This document shows positions 60,812 through 64,000 of a stretch of 64,000 nt of DNA, piece after piece. Each line of letters starts with the position of its first letter. The first letter of the stretch is position 1. Source of the DNA: an uncultured Gemmatimonadales bacterium (GTDB taxonomy: Bacteria > Gemmatimonadota > Gemmatimonadetes > Gemmatimonadales > GWC2-71-9); the NCBI GenBank assembly GCA_963748815.1, contig CAVVKJ010000017.1:63567-127566 (forward strand), in the 5' to 3' direction. Under the pieces are notes generated by a model. It ran no database searches. It saw only the letters and a list, made by a program, of their open reading frames with translations, and was not told the DNA's origin. The position numbers and the translations under genes were made by a program.

Positions 60812-63613
60812 ATGCCATCCGGGGTCATCCGCATCGTCAACGCGCGCCAGCACAACCTCAAGGGGGTCACGGTCGACCTCCCCCGGCGGGCGCTCATCGT
60901 GGTGACGGGCCCGTCCGGCTCTGGCAAGAGTTCCCTGGCGTTCGACACGCTCTACGCCGAGGGGCAGCGACGATACGCCGAATCGCTCTCGACCTACGCC
61001 AAGCAGTTTCTCGACCGGATGCCCAAACCGCTGGTGGACCGGCTGGAGGGGATTGCCCCCGCCGTGGCCATTCGGCAGCACAACCCGGCCACCTCGAGCC
61101 GATCCACCGTCGGCACGGCGACCGAAGTGTACGATTACCTCCGGCTCCTCTGGGCCCGGGCCGGCACGACCTACTGCCGGCAGTGCGGCGGCCCCGTCCA
61201 CCAAGACACTCCACAGGAGGCGGCCACCGCGGTCGACGCCCTCGGGGCGGGACGCTACCAGGTCTGCTTTCCCCTCCCCCCCTCGGCCCGGAACAGCCAC
61301 GGCGCCATTGTCGAGAACCTGAAGGCCCTGGGATTCCTCCGGTTGCTGGCCGACGGCGAACCGGTGCATCTCGAGTCGCTCGAGGCGTACCCGGACCTGA
61401 CCGCGGTCGACGACCTGCTCATCGTGGTGGACCGGCTGGAAGCAGGCAAGGGGGCGCCGAACCGCCTGGTCGAGGCGATCGCCACGGCGTTCCAGGAGGG
61501 CGAAGGGATCGCGGTCGTGGTGCACGAGGGGGGGCGGCTCCGCTTCACCGAGCATCCGAGTTGCAGCCAGTGCGACACCCCCGCGCGGGCGCCGACGCCG
61601 GCGATGTTTTCCTTCAACAATCCTGGGGGGGCCTGCGCCGCCTGCACCGGGTTCGGCGCGGTCCTGGAGTACGACGAATCGCTCATCGTGCCCGACCCGT
61701 CGCTGGCGCTCTCCGACGGGGCCATCGACCCCTGGACGAAACCCCGCTACGAGGCGCGGCGCCGGCTCCTCCTCGACACCGCCAAGAAACACGGCATCGA
61801 CCCCAACCGCCCCTGGGCGCGCCTCAAGGCGGCCGATCGCGCCCTCCTCCTGACGGGCAAGTCGGGGCGGTTCCTCGGCATCATCCCCTTCCTCCGCGGC
61901 CTCGAGCCGAAGCGCTACAAGCAGTACATCCGGGTCTTCCTCCGGCAGTACCAGCTGGCGCTCACCTGCCCCACGTGCCAGGGCACGCGCCTGAACGCGC
62001 ACGCGCTGGCGGTCCGCATCGGGGAGGATACCATCGCCGACGTGAGCGCCCGCCCAGTCGGCGCATTGCGCGGCTGGCTGCAGGGACTGACGCTCAGCCC
62101 GGAACGGCAGCAGGTGGCGCAGCTCATTCTCGACCAGCTCGACTCGCGATTGCGGTACCTCGACGACGTGGGGCTCGGCTACCTCACACTCGACCGCCAG
62201 GCGCGCACCCTCTCGGGCGGCGAGGCGCAGCGCATCGCCCTGTCCAACGCGCTCGGCTCGCAGCTGGTGGACTCGATGTACGTCCTCGACGAGCCGTCGA
62301 TCGGCCTCCACCCGCGGGACACCGACCGGTTGCTCGCCCTGCTGCACCGGCTTCGGGACCTCGGGAACACCGTCATCGTGGTCGAACACGACCTGGCCGC
62401 CGTGCGCGAAGCCGATTTCATGCTCGAGCTTGGACCGGGTGCCGGCGAAAAAGGGGGCACGGTCGTCCATGCCGGGCCTCCGGGCGAGGCGGTCGAGACG
62501 CTGACCGGCCAGTACCTCTCCGGCGCCAGGTGCATCGCCGTCCCAAGCGCGCGACGGCCGGCTGGCCCGCTATGGCTCCGCGTCCGCGGCGCCACGCTGC
62601 ACAACCTGAAGGGGGTCGACGTCAATATCCCCCTCGGCACCCTCACCACCGTGACCGGCGTCTCGGGCTCGGGCAAGAGCACGCTCGTGCACGACATCAT
62701 CTACCGGGAACTCGAGCGCCGCCTCCACGGCGGGCACTCCGCCAAGTCCCACCTCGGGGAACTGGTCGGTGCAGTCGGGGAGCTCTCGGGGTCGGAGTTG
62801 ATTTCCGACGTGCTGCTGGTGGACCAATCACCCATCGGCCGGACCCCTCGCTCCAACCCCGTCACCTACGTGAAGGGTTTCGACGACATCCGTGACCTCT
62901 TCGCCGGCCAGCCGCTGGCCCGCGCCCGGGGCTACACCGCGTCGACCTTTTCGTTCAACCTGCCAGGCGGGCGCTGCGAGGCGTGCGAAGGGGCGGGATA
63001 CGTGCAGGTCGAGATGGTCTTCCTGGCGGACGTGTTCGTGCCCTGTGACATCTGCGGCGGCAGCCGATACAAGCGCGAACTGCTCGACGTGCGGATTCAC
63101 GGAGCCTCCATTCAGGACGTGCTGCAGTGGACGGTGGAGGAGGCCATCTCCCGGTTCCGGCACCAGCCGAAGCTCGGCACCGCGCTCTGGCACCTGCACC
63201 AGGTGGGACTCGGCTACCTCCGCCTCGGACAGCCGGCCACGACGCTTTCCGGCGGCGAGGCCCAGCGGCTCAAGATCGCGCGCGAACTGGCGGGCGCGAA
63301 GCGGAAGGGCGCCCGCAAGCTCTACATCCTCGACGAACCGACGACGGGCCTGCACCTCGACGACGTGCGGGTGCTGATCCAGGTGCTCGACCGCCTGGTC
63401 GACGCGGGCAACACCGTGCTCCTCATCGAGCACCACCTCGACGTCATCAAGAAGTCGGACTGGATCATCGATCTCGGGCCCGAGGCTGGCGACGAGGGGG
63501 GCCGCCTCGTCGCGGAGGGGACCCCCGAGACGGTCGCCGCGACGGAAGCCTCGCTCACCGGCCGGTACCTGCAGCCGTATCTCGAGAGCGCCGCGACGGG
63601 AGCACTCGCATGA
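60812..63613 (+). CDS. uvrA: Excinuclease ABC subunit A
   Basis: ARQHNLK, GPSGSGKSSLAFDT, FSFN, LSGGEAQR (x2), GVSGSGKST, zinc fingers. Confidence 0.97.
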   Translation: MPSGVIRIVNARQHNLKGVTVDLPRRALIVVTGPSGSGKSSLAFDTLYAEGQRRYAESLSTYAKQFLDRMPKPLVDRLEGIAPAVAIRQHNPATSSRSTVGTATEVYDYLRLLWARAGTTYCRQCGGPVHQDTPQEAATAVDALGAGRYQVCFPLPPSARNSHGAIVENLKALGFLRLLADGEPVHLESLEAYPDLTAVDDLLIVVDRLEAGKGAPNRLVEAIATAFQEGEGIAVVVHEGGRLRFTEHPSCSQCDTPARAPTPAMFSFNNPGGACAACTGFGAVLEYDESLIVPDPSLALSDGAIDPWTKPRYEARRRLLLDTAKKHGIDPNRPWARLKAADRALLLTGKSGRFLGIIPFLRGLEPKRYKQYIRVFLRQYQLALTCPTCQGTRLNAHALAVRIGEDTIADVSARPVGALRGWLQGLTLSPERQQVAQLILDQLDSRLRYLDDVGLGYLTLDRQARTLSGGEAQRIALSNALGSQLVDSMYVLDEPSIGLHPRDTDRLLALLHRLRDLGNTVIVVEHDLAAVREADFMLELGPGAGEKGGTVVHAGPPGEAVETLTGQYLSGARCIAVPSARRPAGPLWLRVRGATLHNLKGVDVNIPLGTLTTVTGVSGSGKSTLVHDIIYRELERRLHGGHSAKSHLGELVGAVGELSGSELISDVLLVDQSPIGRTPRSNPVTYVKGFDDIRDLFAGQPLARARGYTASTFSFNLPGGRCEACEGAGYVQVEMVFLADVFVPCDICGGSRYKRELLDVRIHGASIQDVLQWTVEEAISRFRHQPKLGTALWHLHQVGLGYLRLGQPATTLSGGEAQRLKIARELAGAKRKGARKLYILDEPTTGLHLDDVRVLIQVLDRLVDAGNTVLLIEHHLDVIKKSDWIIDLGPEAGDEGGRLVAEGTPETVAATEASLTGRYLQPYLESAATGALA

Positions 63614-64000
63614 TCGAGCCATTCAACGCCGCGGCGGCCGTCCGGCACCTCCGCGACGTGGATCCGGACCTGGCCACGGTCATCCGGGGGGCCGGGGGCT
63701 GTGGTCTCGAGCCGCGGATGCGGTACTCGCCGTTCGAGGAGGTGCTGGAGTCGATCGTCTACCAACAGCTGAGCGGCAAGGCGGCCGCCACCATCTATGG
63801 CCGGGTCCGCGCGCTGTTCCCGCCGCGACGGGCCCTCGCACCCCAGGCGCTGCTCGCGATGTCGGATGAGGCGCTGCGCGGCGCTGGACTCTCACGCGCG
63901 AAGCTCGCCGCAGCGAGGGACCTCGCCGCCAAGACGCTGGACGGGGTGGTGCCGACCGCGGCGGCGCTTCGGCGGATGCCCGATGCCGAGATCATCGAAC
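63610..64000 (+). CDS. alkA: DNA-3-methyladenine glycosylase II (AlkA family), runs off the window
   Basis: Hand translation MIEPFNAAAAVRHLRDVDPDL...PFEEVLESIVYQQLSGKAAATIYGR...LRGAGLSRAK; ATGA overlap with uvrA. Confidence 0.88.
   Translation, partial: MIEPFNAAAAVRHLRDVDPDLATVIRGAGGCGLEPRMRYSPFEEVLESIVYQQLSGKAAATIYGRVRALFPPRRALAPQALLAMSDEALRGAGLSRAKLAAARDLAAKTLDGVVPTAAALRRMPDAEIIE

Overview
High-GC bacterial chromosomal window. Gene content and synteny suggest Gemmatimonadota (inference). The sequence carries many indel frameshifts, probably from an unpolished long-read assembly. It has two parts. (1) Positions 1-17.6 kb are an accessory block just downstream of the 3' end of a stand-alone tRNA-Ile(GAT). 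The block reads as a coherent nitric-oxide/nitrosative-stress module. Its core is a heme-copper oxidase-superfamily operon with Asn in place of the cross-linked Tyr (sNOR-type norS-norY-senC-orf1). Around it lie a Tat-exported blue-copper protein, a hemerythrin, a PAS-LuxR regulator, a SufR-like regulator with Mrp/ApbC and DUF59, two AhpD-like proteins, a UDG, a PrpD/MmgE, a Cu-SOD/CHRD-like secreted protein, a TrpRS, a ClC-CBS channel and a nucleotidyltransferase gene pair. (2) Positions 17.8-64 kb are mostly core genes: typA, CNNM/hemolysin, pdxA, two PPIases, mfd, BatA/DUF58, two M28 peptidases, lepA, GT9, ROK, PfkB, an HATPase plus STAS-wHTH pair, a trans-sulfuration enzyme, ftsEX-envC, GGDEF, nfo, maeB, pckA, an HD protein, ABC proteins, PP2C and triple-FHA genes, uvrA and alkA. 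Non-coding signals include a palindromic operator over a sigma70 -35 box, a sigma54 promoter, recurrent TANNTT-N6/7-start leaderless architecture and REP-like repeats. No CRISPR array, rRNA, integrase or transposase was seen.
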